A stretch of DNA of 64,000 bases from Candidatus Moraniibacteriota bacterium (GTDB taxonomy: Bacteria; Patescibacteriota; Minisyncoccia; Moranbacterales; GCA-2747515), in assembly GCA_027031495.1 (NCBI GenBank), contig JALVQA010000009.1:16898-80897 (forward strand), in the 5' to 3' direction. The translations under genes and the position numbers were made by a program. A model generated the notes under the pieces. That model was not told where the DNA came from and made no database searches. It saw only the letters and a program-made list of their open reading frames with translations. Below, in pieces: positions 9,203 through 17,827 of the stretch (the stretch's first letter is position 1; the number at the start of each line of letters is the position of its first letter).

Positions 9203-10774
9203 ATGACAACACTCATTACTATTCAGGATGTTATCAAGAGCGCAAAAGCACCACTTGATTCTGCCGGACGCAAGCTGGTAACGGAAGCATTTGTTTTTGC
9301 CGACAAGGCACACGAAGGGCAAAAACGTCGTAGCGGCGAGCCGTATGTTCAACATTGCCTTCATACGGCACGTATTCTTGCACAGATCGGTATGGATGCC
9401 GGTACAATCGCTGCAGGACTCTTGCACGATGTGCCGGAAGATACTGACGTTACACTACAAGAAATTGAAAAGAAATTTGGTAAAGAAATTGCGTGGATCG
9501 TTGATGGTGTAACAAAGTTGGGACATATTCGTCTTCGCGGCTCTCGCGAGGAGATGTTTATAGAAAACCTGCGCAAGATGTTTTTGGCGACAGCGCAGGA
9601 CATTCGTGTAGTCATTGTCAAACTCGCCGACCGCCTACACAATATGCGCACACTGAACGCAGTGCCAGCTGAAAAACAAGAACGCATCGCTAAAGAAACG
9701 ATGGAAGTGTACGCACAGATTGCCAACCGTCTTGGCATTAGCGAAATCAAAACAGAAATGGAAGATCTTGCTTTTATGTATCTCTACCCTGACGAATACA
9801 AAAAGGTCTATGACATGTACGCACGCGAAAAAGATGATTATGAAAAGTATATCAATCGCGCCATAGAAAGTATTGCAGAAGGATTAAAGAAAGAAGGTAT
9901 AAAGGTTATAGAGATTAAAGGACGTGCAAAAAGTATTTACAGTCTTTACGTAAAGCTCAAGCGTTATGACATGAACATTTCGCGCATCTATGACATTGTC
10001 GCCATTCGCGTTATCGTACCAACTGTCGCAGACTGTTATGAAACACTTGGCATCGTCCACAAACGCTACCGTCCGATGGTTGGGCGCATCAAAGATTATA
10101 TCTCTCTCCCAAAACCGAACGGGTACCAATCCATTCACACAACAATCTTCGGACCGGAAGGACGTATTATGGAGGTGCAAATTCGTACTCCACAAATGCA
10201 CTCTGAAGCAGAATTTGGTATCGCAGCGCACTGGATCTACAAAGAAGCAACAACAAAAGGATGGCGTCATTATCTCTTTGGTAAAAAGAAGACACCGAAG
10301 AATATTGAGGATCAACGTCAAACGCGCTGGATCAAACAATTGCGCGAGTGGCAAGATGATCTTGGCCATGATAACGAGGAATTCATGCGCAGTCTCAAAA
10401 TTGACTTTTTCAAAAATCACATTTTTGCCTTTACGCCGAAAGGTGACATCATTGACTTACCGGAAGAATCCACACCGGTCGATTTTGCGTATGCTATTCA
10501 CTCCGAAGTTGGCGACCGTGTAATTGGCGCAAAGGCAAATGGTAAGATGGTGCCACTGAACTATACGATCCGCAACGGCGAAGTTATTGATATTCTCACA
10601 TCAAAAGAGCCAAAACTTCCTAATGCAAAGTGGTTGGAATTTGTTCGCACATCCAATGCGCGCTCGCGTATTCGTCGTCAACTTAAGCGCGCTGGCGAAC
10701 ATATTGCACCACTGCCAGATATCACAAAGCAAAAAGCACGTGAACGTAAAAATGCACGTAAACAAAAGAAATAG
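9203..10774 (+). CDS. rel: Bifunctional (p)ppGpp synthetase/hydrolase, RelA/SpoT family (HD+SYNTH+TGS, no C-terminal ZFD/ACT)
   Basis: RRSGEPY, LLHDVPED, KLADRLHN, GRIKDY..PK.NGYQS.HT, EVQIRT, AAHW, TPVDFAY TGS domain. Confidence 0.95.
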   Translation: MTTLITIQDVIKSAKAPLDSAGRKLVTEAFVFADKAHEGQKRRSGEPYVQHCLHTARILAQIGMDAGTIAAGLLHDVPEDTDVTLQEIEKKFGKEIAWIVDGVTKLGHIRLRGSREEMFIENLRKMFLATAQDIRVVIVKLADRLHNMRTLNAVPAEKQERIAKETMEVYAQIANRLGISEIKTEMEDLAFMYLYPDEYKKVYDMYAREKDDYEKYINRAIESIAEGLKKEGIKVIEIKGRAKSIYSLYVKLKRYDMNISRIYDIVAIRVIVPTVADCYETLGIVHKRYRPMVGRIKDYISLPKPNGYQSIHTTIFGPEGRIMEVQIRTPQMHSEAEFGIAAHWIYKEATTKGWRHYLFGKKKTPKNIEDQRQTRWIKQLREWQDDLGHDNEEFMRSLKIDFFKNHIFAFTPKGDIIDLPEESTPVDFAYAIHSEVGDRVIGAKANGKMVPLNYTIRNGEVIDILTSKEPKLPNAKWLEFVRTSNARSRIRRQLKRAGEHIAPLPDITKQKARERKNARKQKK

Positions 10775-10798
10775 CATCTAACATGAACGCACGCAATT

Positions 10799-10834
10799 AA
10801 AAAAACCGCTTCGTTGCACTGAGGCGGTTTTCTT
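10799..10834. terminator. Bidirectional terminator between rel and SPFH gene
   Basis: aaaaccgcttc-gttgcact-gaggcggtttt. Confidence 0.75.
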
Positions 10835-10840
10835 ATTTCG

Positions 10841-11842
10841 CTAAATACCACGGAATGTCGGGAGACCGGTAGCAGGATTGGTTGGCACGTAGATAGTGCC
10901 TTTGCGATCTTTAAGTTCCTTAATGTAGAGATATTCTAGATAGTGAGGCGTAAGGGATTCGTTAATAATCTTCTGAGCATCACGCTGACCCTCTGCTTCA
11001 ATACGCTTACGCTCCGCTTCTTTTTTCTCTTTTTGAAGGAGGAAGTCGTAGCGCTGTGACTCCTGCTCTGCCTGCAATTTTTGCTGAATGCTGTCAGCGA
11101 GATTTTGCGGTAGCGTTACATTGCGCAAAAGCACTTGTTCCACAACAATACCACGTGGCGTGATTGTTTCGCGCAAGCGGTCCGCAATTGCTTGCGTGAT
11201 TTCTTCGCGTTTATCAGAGTATACCGCCTTTGTATCATAGCGTGCAATAACCTCACGGATTGCGCTGCGAATCTCAGGACGGATGATTTTTTCTGCAAAA
11301 TTAACGTTTAAATCACGATATACATCTGATGCACGCTGCTCTTCAAGGTGATAGAAAACCGTAATATCAAGATCAACTGCAAGGCCCTCATTTGTCAAAG
11401 CGCGAATTGCGTCAGCGCCACGACGCTGCCCTTCACCATGCGCAACACTCATTGTGTACTCCTCCGTGCGAATACTCATTGGGATAACTTTCGCAAAAGG
11501 ATTAATGATATGCAGACCACTTGAGAGTTCCTTTTCTTTCACCTTACCGAAAAGATCAACGACACCTGTAAAGCCGGCCGGGACAACAACTATTGACTTG
11601 GAAAGAATTATTATGCCGACAATAATGATAACAATCCACTTTATTTTGCCACCAAGAACACGAAAAGAATTTGTCATAGAAATATTTTGTTTAAAGTCCC
11701 TCAAAAAGTTCTCTATGGGATTTTGAGAGACGTGAATCGTATTTGTCGATGCGCGCTGCATACGCAAGAGTGCTTGTACAAACTTTCCAAAGAGAAGGAG
11801 TGCAATGTAGGAGAATATAATGAAGAAAATAAATGTATTCAT
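10841..11842 (-). CDS. Prohibitin/SPFH (band 7) domain membrane protein
   Basis: TM segment then VVVPAG..GV..FG..L..GLH.INPF, IRSAIR, EAERKRIEAEG. Confidence 0.9.
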   Translation of the reverse strand: MNTFIFFIIFSYIALLLFGKFVQALLRMQRASTNTIHVSQNPIENFLRDFKQNISMTNSFRVLGGKIKWIVIIIVGIIILSKSIVVVPAGFTGVVDLFGKVKEKELSSGLHIINPFAKVIPMSIRTEEYTMSVAHGEGQRRGADAIRALTNEGLAVDLDITVFYHLEEQRASDVYRDLNVNFAEKIIRPEIRSAIREVIARYDTKAVYSDKREEITQAIADRLRETITPRGIVVEQVLLRNVTLPQNLADSIQQKLQAEQESQRYDFLLQKEKKEAERKRIEAEGQRDAQKIINESLTPHYLEYLYIKELKDRKGTIYVPTNPATGLPTFRGI

Positions 11843-11870
11843 ATGTCAGCGTACATTTTTTGTTACTAGT

Positions 11871-12326
11871 TTAGGATATTTTTTTGATAGTACATTCTGT
11901 TGCGCCATTTGGCGTCTCAACCGTCACGGTATCACCCTCCTCATGTCCCATGAGCGCTTTGCCGAACGGTGACTCTGTAGAGATCTTGCCAGACGTCGGA
12001 TCAGCTTCATTTGAACCAACAATTTCAAAACTTAACTCTTTGTTACCACACACAATAACAACGCGTGAGCCAATCTGTACACCAGAAACACGTCCATCGT
12101 GATGCACAACTTCCGCATCCTTAATCATCTGTTCCAATGTGGCAATACGTGCTTCGTTTTCTGCCTGCTCACGCTTTGCCTCAGAATACTCTGCGTTTTC
12201 ACTCAGATCACCTTGTTCTTTCGCCTCTTTTATCGCCTGCGCAATATTTTGGCGTACAGTAGTCGTGCGGTGCTCGAGTTCTTCTTCCAATTTCTCAAGT
12301 CCATCTTTTGTAACAACGTATGTCAT
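11871..12326 (-). CDS. greA: Transcription elongation factor GreA
   Basis: GDLSENAEY, EADP..GKIS.ESP.GKALMG. Confidence 0.97.
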   Translation of the reverse strand: MTYVVTKDGLEKLEEELEHRTTTVRQNIAQAIKEAKEQGDLSENAEYSEAKREQAENEARIATLEQMIKDAEVVHHDGRVSGVQIGSRVVIVCGNKELSFEIVGSNEADPTSGKISTESPFGKALMGHEEGDTVTVETPNGATECTIKKIS

Positions 12327-12356
12327 TTTTTTGTCTTTAAATCGTTATAAATCCTC

Positions 12357-12451
12357 ATTGCATGCACTGCCTTTGTCATCGTAACTCGCATTTTTCTTAC
12401 CGCATATGCAATACAACGCACTGCAGCACACACAATTTGTTTCCCATTCTA
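12357..12451 (-). promoter_or_regulatory. greA promoter (-10 TAGAAT) and structured 5' leader hairpin
   Basis: TAGAAT at 12451-12446; 14-bp outer stem AUUGUGUGUGCUGC/GCAGUGCAUGCAAU plus two inner stems. Confidence 0.5.
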
Positions 12452-12457
12452 CTAAAA

Positions 12458-14383
12458 TCACTCCACATCGTCAATGCTCGCATTTTCTTGCCTCGTCGTA
12501 TGTTGCGCATTTCTTTGAGAAAAATACCACTCATAGATATCATGTGCAACAGGCGCACTCGCAGATGATGTTTGCTCGGATTGTCCCTCCATAAGAACAA
12601 GCACGACAATTTCCGGTTTATCATATGGCGCAAAGGATGTCAGCCATGAATGTGTTTTTTTACCGGACCCAAACTGTGCTGTGCCGGTTTTTGCCGCAAT
12701 CGGTACAGAAATTGTTGAAAGAATACGTGCTGTCCCTTCCGTAACAGTCATGCGCATACCTTCGCGCACAACATCCATAATGTGACGCGAGAAAAGATGG
12801 TCGCGCTTCTTGTGCGGTTTGTATGATGTAATCGTACCGTTTTGATCGCGCCAGTATGCAAGAATGTGCGGCTGCCATAATGTGCCACCATTTGCAATCG
12901 CTGCCGTCGCATTTGCAATTTGCAGTGGTGTTGCCGTCACAAATCCTTGCCCGATAGCCGCGTGATAATCATTGCCGATTGACCATTTCTCGCCAAAACG
13001 CTTCTCTTTCCATGCCGGATCCGGAACAAAACCAGTCACCTCGCCCGGCAAATCAATACCGGTTTTTTCACCAAAGCCAAAAAGGTTGTAGTACTTTTTC
13101 ATCGTTTCCATACCCATACCTTTGATAGAGCCATAGCCACCACCAATCGCATAGAAAAAGATATCATGCGACACGGCAATAGCACGCCGCACATCTGCAA
13201 CACCATTGACGCGCCAGTCACGAAACGTATACTTACCAATACGAATCGCACCCGTACTATTAACAGTTGTATGTTCGTTAATTATACCTTCTGTCAATGC
13301 TGCACCGGCCAAAATCGGCTTCACTGTTGAACCGGGTGGATAGGCGCCACCGACGGCACGGTTAAAAAGCGGTCGATCAGGATCTTGTGTCAACGCAACA
13401 TAATCATCATGTGAGATGCCATTGACAAAAAGATTATTATCATAACTCGGCATACTTACCAGCGCACGCACACTGCCATCACGTGGATCCAAGATGACAA
13501 CAGCACCTCGCGAAAGATTATAACGTTCAAATGCTTTTTTCATCGCTGCGATAGTGTGTTTTTGCAGCTCAGCATCAATAGTAAGGTAGAGATCGTTTCC
13601 TTGTATTGCCGGAATGCTTTCTGTAATACGTAGTGATCTGCCGCGCGCATTGATCTCAATACCAGTTGCACCATGTTTACCACGCAAAAGTTTTTCATAA
13701 ACTTTTTCAATGCCAGTGCGACCAACGTGATCTGTAAGATAATATGACTTATCAGTATCTAGGTCTTCTTTTTGCACAATGCCAGTATACCCAAGAATAT
13801 GTGCAAAAAATGTACTCTCAAGATATTGTCTGCGTGGCGTTGTTACAAGACGTGCACCCGCAAGCGTGCGCCCATTTTCAATAAATGAAAAAAGCGCATC
13901 ATGCGATATGTTCGTTGCAATGAGAGCTTCTGGCTGCTTTTGTGTCTGCGCCGTCTTTATCGCATCCTCTATCTGCATTTTTGGGACGGAAAGGATAGTG
14001 TGAAGTTTTTCTATAAACTTCTCACGCTCAGCGTTATCCTCAGGCAGGAGTGATAAGATTACAACAATATCTGTTTGTGGCACGTTTTCGACAAGCGGCG
14101 CACCAAAACGATCAAGAATCAATCCGCGTGGCGCAGGAATGATACTGTAACGCATACTGTTGGCAACCGCGCGCTCTTTGTATAAATCACCCTTGATGAT
14201 TATCAGAAAAACTAAGCGCGCGCCAATACCACAAAGAACAATAATCATGACAACAAAAACAATACTGAGCCATTTTTTATTGAGACGAAATTCCATCCTC
14301 GCAACATCCTCCTCGGATGCCGTTAGCACTGCATCATCAATTTCAATGTACTCGTATTTTTTTCTCCGTGGCCACAGTCGCAT
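12458..14383 (-). CDS. mrdA: Penicillin-binding protein 2 (start reassigned to ATG 14383, just after the mreC stop)
   Basis: PAPRG.I.DR.G, PGSTVK (SxxK), SHD (SxD), KTGTAQ; single N-terminal TM. Confidence 0.95.
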   Translation of the reverse strand: MRLWPRRKKYEYIEIDDAVLTASEEDVARMEFRLNKKWLSIVFVVMIIVLCGIGARLVFLIIIKGDLYKERAVANSMRYSIIPAPRGLILDRFGAPLVENVPQTDIVVILSLLPEDNAEREKFIEKLHTILSVPKMQIEDAIKTAQTQKQPEALIATNISHDALFSFIENGRTLAGARLVTTPRRQYLESTFFAHILGYTGIVQKEDLDTDKSYYLTDHVGRTGIEKVYEKLLRGKHGATGIEINARGRSLRITESIPAIQGNDLYLTIDAELQKHTIAAMKKAFERYNLSRGAVVILDPRDGSVRALVSMPSYDNNLFVNGISHDDYVALTQDPDRPLFNRAVGGAYPPGSTVKPILAGAALTEGIINEHTTVNSTGAIRIGKYTFRDWRVNGVADVRRAIAVSHDIFFYAIGGGYGSIKGMGMETMKKYYNLFGFGEKTGIDLPGEVTGFVPDPAWKEKRFGEKWSIGNDYHAAIGQGFVTATPLQIANATAAIANGGTLWQPHILAYWRDQNGTITSYKPHKKRDHLFSRHIMDVVREGMRMTVTEGTARILSTISVPIAAKTGTAQFGSGKKTHSWLTSFAPYDKPEIVVLVLMEGQSEQTSSASAPVAHDIYEWYFSQRNAQHTTRQENASIDDVE

Positions 14384-14384
14384 A

Positions 14385-15200
14385 CTATAACTCTTGTTTA
14401 ATAAGAATAACAGAAACGTGATTTTGCAAACGCGCCTCATACGCCGGTATGAGTGTTGCCTCCTTATAAAGACCATCCTCCGTGACGTGAATGTTATAGA
14501 CAGTACCAATGAGAAGACGGCCGGGTATATGGACATTTCGCGTCGTTAAAACCATGTCACCATCTGTAAGAGGTTGTGATCGCTCCACCATCGTAAAACG
14601 TGCACCGTGGTGCGACACGCCACGCACAATCCCCTTTACATGGAGAGTACTCGTCTCGCCACGAATAACACTCTCCGCATTTGTTACCAAACGCACACGT
14701 GCCACATGTGCACCAACACGAGAGACGGTGCCGACCAATACCGCCTCGCGTGTCACAACTGCCATACCTTCTTCTACATCATCAGCGCGTCCGCGATTTA
14801 TCATAATCCATTCCCTCGCCTTACCGGCATTATACCCAATAACATCGGCTTCCACTTTTTGATAATCTGCAAGAACAGCTGCGTGAGGCAGACCACATTC
14901 CGTACGCAGTGCATTGTAGTCGTGTTCAATACTCTGCAATCGTCCCAACGCACTTTGCAGTGCCTGTTTTTCACGCTCAAGCGTTTCAATACGTTCTGTT
15001 AGCTTCGCAGCAGAACCAAAAACGGCAAAGACATCGCGTGTTGTATCAACGATGCTCTTGCCAACACGCACAAACGGCTCCGATGCGTGCCACAGAAACA
15101 ACTCAACAACAGCTCCTTTCCCATACACCATAAACAAGAAGACACCGAGAAAAATGATGCCTCCTAAAATAACCCTTTGATACATCGCACTACCACGCAT
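14385..15200 (-). CDS. mreC: Rod shape-determining protein MreC
   Basis: TM, coiled coil, INRG..D.V..GM.V..LVG.V; located after mreB. Confidence 0.9.
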   Translation of the reverse strand: MRGSAMYQRVILGGIIFLGVFLFMVYGKGAVVELFLWHASEPFVRVGKSIVDTTRDVFAVFGSAAKLTERIETLEREKQALQSALGRLQSIEHDYNALRTECGLPHAAVLADYQKVEADVIGYNAGKAREWIMINRGRADDVEEGMAVVTREAVLVGTVSRVGAHVARVRLVTNAESVIRGETSTLHVKGIVRGVSHHGARFTMVERSQPLTDGDMVLTTRNVHIPGRLLIGTVYNIHVTEDGLYKEATLIPAYEARLQNHVSVILIKQEL

Positions 15201-15227
15201 AACAAAACATACGCATTACACTGCTTT

Positions 15228-16301
15228 TTAGACAAGTGACCCTTTCTCATCCGTATCAATAAGCACCTCCTTAAGTCTATCAAGATCATTGAGCACAATC
15301 CCCGTACCACGCACAACAGCTGTCAATGGATCTTCTATGCGCCGCACTGGAATTTCTGTTTGATCAGCGATAAGTTCATCAAGACCGCGGATGAGACTTC
15401 CTCCACCGGAGAGAACAATGCCCTGTTGCATAATATCGGCAATAAGTTCCGGTGGCGTTTCTTCCACAATCGTCTTAATTGTATTAACAATAACGCGGAC
15501 AGAACGTGCGAGTGCTTTACGCGCATCTTCCGTTGTCATCGTTACCTCCTTTGGCAAACCTGTCACAAGGTCACGTCCACGTACGACTGTCGTTTTCTCT
15601 TCCTTCTGCTTTGTTGCTGCACCGATGGCAATCTTGACATCTTCCGCTGTTTTTTCACCAATGAGCAAATTAAAATGATCGCGCGCATAACGCACGATAT
15701 CTTCGTTCATCTCATCACCGGCAGTGCGCAGTGAGCGCGCAACAACAACACCGCCCAGCGAGATCACGGCAATCTCTGATGTGCCACCGCCAATATCAAC
15801 AACCATATTACCACCCGCACTCGTTACCGGCAATTCCGCTCCAATAGCAACGGCCATCGGCTCATCAATCAAATACGCCTCACGCGCACCGGCACTGATT
15901 GTTGCCTCCACTACAGCACGCTTCTCTACAGCAGTGACACCGGATGGAATACCTACCAAAACACGCGGACGCGTCAGAAAAGAAAATGTGCCACTATGAA
16001 TCTTGCCAATGAAATATTTAAGCATTTGCTCCGTTGCTTCGTAGTCACTAATCACGCCATCAACAAGTGGACGCGTTGCTACAATATGTCCCGGCGTTTT
16101 ACCTACCATACGCTTTGCTTCCCTCCCAATCGCAAGAATTTGACCCGTTTTTTTATTCACAGCAACAACTGACGGCTCATTAATGACAATACCTTCGCCA
16201 CAAACATACACCAGCGTGTTTGCCGTTCCGAGATCAATGCCGACATCTTTTGCGAAATAACTAAAAAAACGATCTTTTGTGTTTTGAAAAGTTTTCTTCA
16301 C
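15228..16301 (-). CDS. mreB: Rod shape-determining protein MreB
   Basis: GIDLGTANT, EPSVVA, DIGGGTSE, LSGGG. Confidence 0.98.
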   Translation of the reverse strand: MKKTFQNTKDRFFSYFAKDVGIDLGTANTLVYVCGEGIVINEPSVVAVNKKTGQILAIGREAKRMVGKTPGHIVATRPLVDGVISDYEATEQMLKYFIGKIHSGTFSFLTRPRVLVGIPSGVTAVEKRAVVEATISAGAREAYLIDEPMAVAIGAELPVTSAGGNMVVDIGGGTSEIAVISLGGVVVARSLRTAGDEMNEDIVRYARDHFNLLIGEKTAEDVKIAIGAATKQKEEKTTVVRGRDLVTGLPKEVTMTTEDARKALARSVRVIVNTIKTIVEETPPELIADIMQQGIVLSGGGSLIRGLDELIADQTEIPVRRIEDPLTAVVRGTGIVLNDLDRLKEVLIDTDEKGSLV

Positions 16302-16476
16302 AACTTTTAATCATTATCAATTACCCGTATAAGTCCTCTTCAATCTATCATACTACAGACACAATAAAACAGAAAGGTGTTTTTAGTAGCAAAGCAAGAA
16401 CATATAGCGTATATCGTTATATCACGCCTCTTTTTTTGATTTCCCTCTCAAAAAAACGCTCGTCATTTTTACTGAT

Positions 16477-17736
16477 CTATTGGTGTATCATTGTGATTGC
16501 ACCGTGTATAGATACGATAGTTTGTTCACCGGTGCGTCGATGTGTCAATTCAACACCACCATACTCGTGTGTTTTGTCTGACAAAACAACGCGCCATGGA
16601 CATCCAATAAGATCGGCATCTGCGAATTTCTCTCCCGGTCGTACATTTTTGCGATCATCCCACAGAACATCGATACCGGCAGTACGAAGAAGTATGTAAA
16701 ATTCTTCTGCTTCATCATTGTGTCCAATATTAATAAGATGTGCTTGATACGGCGCAATTGACTGTGGCCATATGAGACCACGCTCATCAGAGAGAAGTTC
16801 AACAACAACACCCATCAAACGTGCCGGACCTATACCATACGACCCCATAACAACGCTTTTGTTTTCACCGTCATCATCACGAAATATTAAACCAAGCGCA
16901 TCGGAAAATTTTGTGCCAAGCGAAAAAATATTCCCCACCTCAGCGGCTTTCTTCTGCACAAGCTCCTCTTTCACAAGACCGAGGTCAGCGATGACATCAT
17001 CGGTGTACACTTCTTCATTAATAGCAATACGCCTTTTCTCATCAACGTAAATAATATCTTCACCGGCATCACACACAGTCTGATACTCATGCGAATACTT
17101 GCTAAACGTTCCACCGCTGGCGAATGTCTTGTACGTTTGTGCGCCAATGCCGACACGCTGAAAAATACGCTCATACGCCGCTTGCGCTTTTTCGTAGAAT
17201 GCCTTATGTTCAATTACATCACGGCTAAACGAGTAGAGATCTTTCATGATAAACTCGCGCGATCGCATAATGCCGCTCTTGGCACGCGTCTCGTTGCGAA
17301 ACTTCGTTTGGAACTGGTACGCACTGAACGGCAACGAGCGGTGCGATGTCACAAACGGTTTGACCATCGCGGTAATCGCCTCCTCATGCGTAAAACCCAA
17401 GCCCAGCGGCGTACCGTTTTTGAGCGCCGTTTTGAACCACACATCCACCTTCGCGTCGTCCCAGCGGCCGGTCGTTTCCCAGAGCTCCTTGCGCTGCAGC
17501 GCCGTCATCTGTATCTCCTGCGCACCCAGTGCGTTCATCTCCTCGCGGATGATGTCCATAATCTTGTTCATCACGCGCCATCCCAACGGCAAAAATGCAT
17601 ATACACCCGCCATTTCCTTGTGCACAAACCCGGTGCGGATCAGCAACTGCGCATTCTTGCTCACCTCATCCTTCGGTGCGAATTTCTGTGTTTTCGTAAA
17701 AAGATGTGATTGTCGCATATCTTTCGCATCATTCAT
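16477..17736 (-). CDS. proS: Proline-tRNA ligase (short bacterial form without editing domain; start may be 17718)
   Basis: MRQS.LF, THEE, QFQTKFRNE.R...G.MR.REFIMKD.YSF, EVGNIF.LGTKFS, MGSYGIG. Confidence 0.95.
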   Translation of the reverse strand: MNDAKDMRQSHLFTKTQKFAPKDEVSKNAQLLIRTGFVHKEMAGVYAFLPLGWRVMNKIMDIIREEMNALGAQEIQMTALQRKELWETTGRWDDAKVDVWFKTALKNGTPLGLGFTHEEAITAMVKPFVTSHRSLPFSAYQFQTKFRNETRAKSGIMRSREFIMKDLYSFSRDVIEHKAFYEKAQAAYERIFQRVGIGAQTYKTFASGGTFSKYSHEYQTVCDAGEDIIYVDEKRRIAINEEVYTDDVIADLGLVKEELVQKKAAEVGNIFSLGTKFSDALGLIFRDDDGENKSVVMGSYGIGPARLMGVVVELLSDERGLIWPQSIAPYQAHLINIGHNDEAEEFYILLRTAGIDVLWDDRKNVRPGEKFADADLIGCPWRVVLSDKTHEYGGVELTHRRTGEQTIVSIHGAITMIHQ

Positions 17737-17827
17737 TTATCTATCCCCATTCTACCATACTTACAGCCGTACGTCTCGCAAATAACAGTGTGCATTTTAT
17801 GATGCATAGCGCATAGTCATTGCCGCC

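Noticed and set aside
9203..10774. Rel lacking ACT domain as a pseudogene
   Set aside because: Catalytic motifs are intact, with a clean stop and terminator; short HD-SYNTH-TGS forms are plausible functional variants
14384..14536. Long N-terminal extensions in the ORF track (mrdA, cysQ, wzt, wecB, mraY, smc)
   Set aside because: They overlap upstream genes or lack homology-like content; downstream ATGs fit operon spacing better
17089..17785. Long antisense ORFs over proS (also 29514-30389, 53677-54294, 58813-59799) and the same-strand alternative-frame ORF 3469-4239 in topA
   Set aside because: Shadows of codon bias in well-supported genes; no motifs or expression signals
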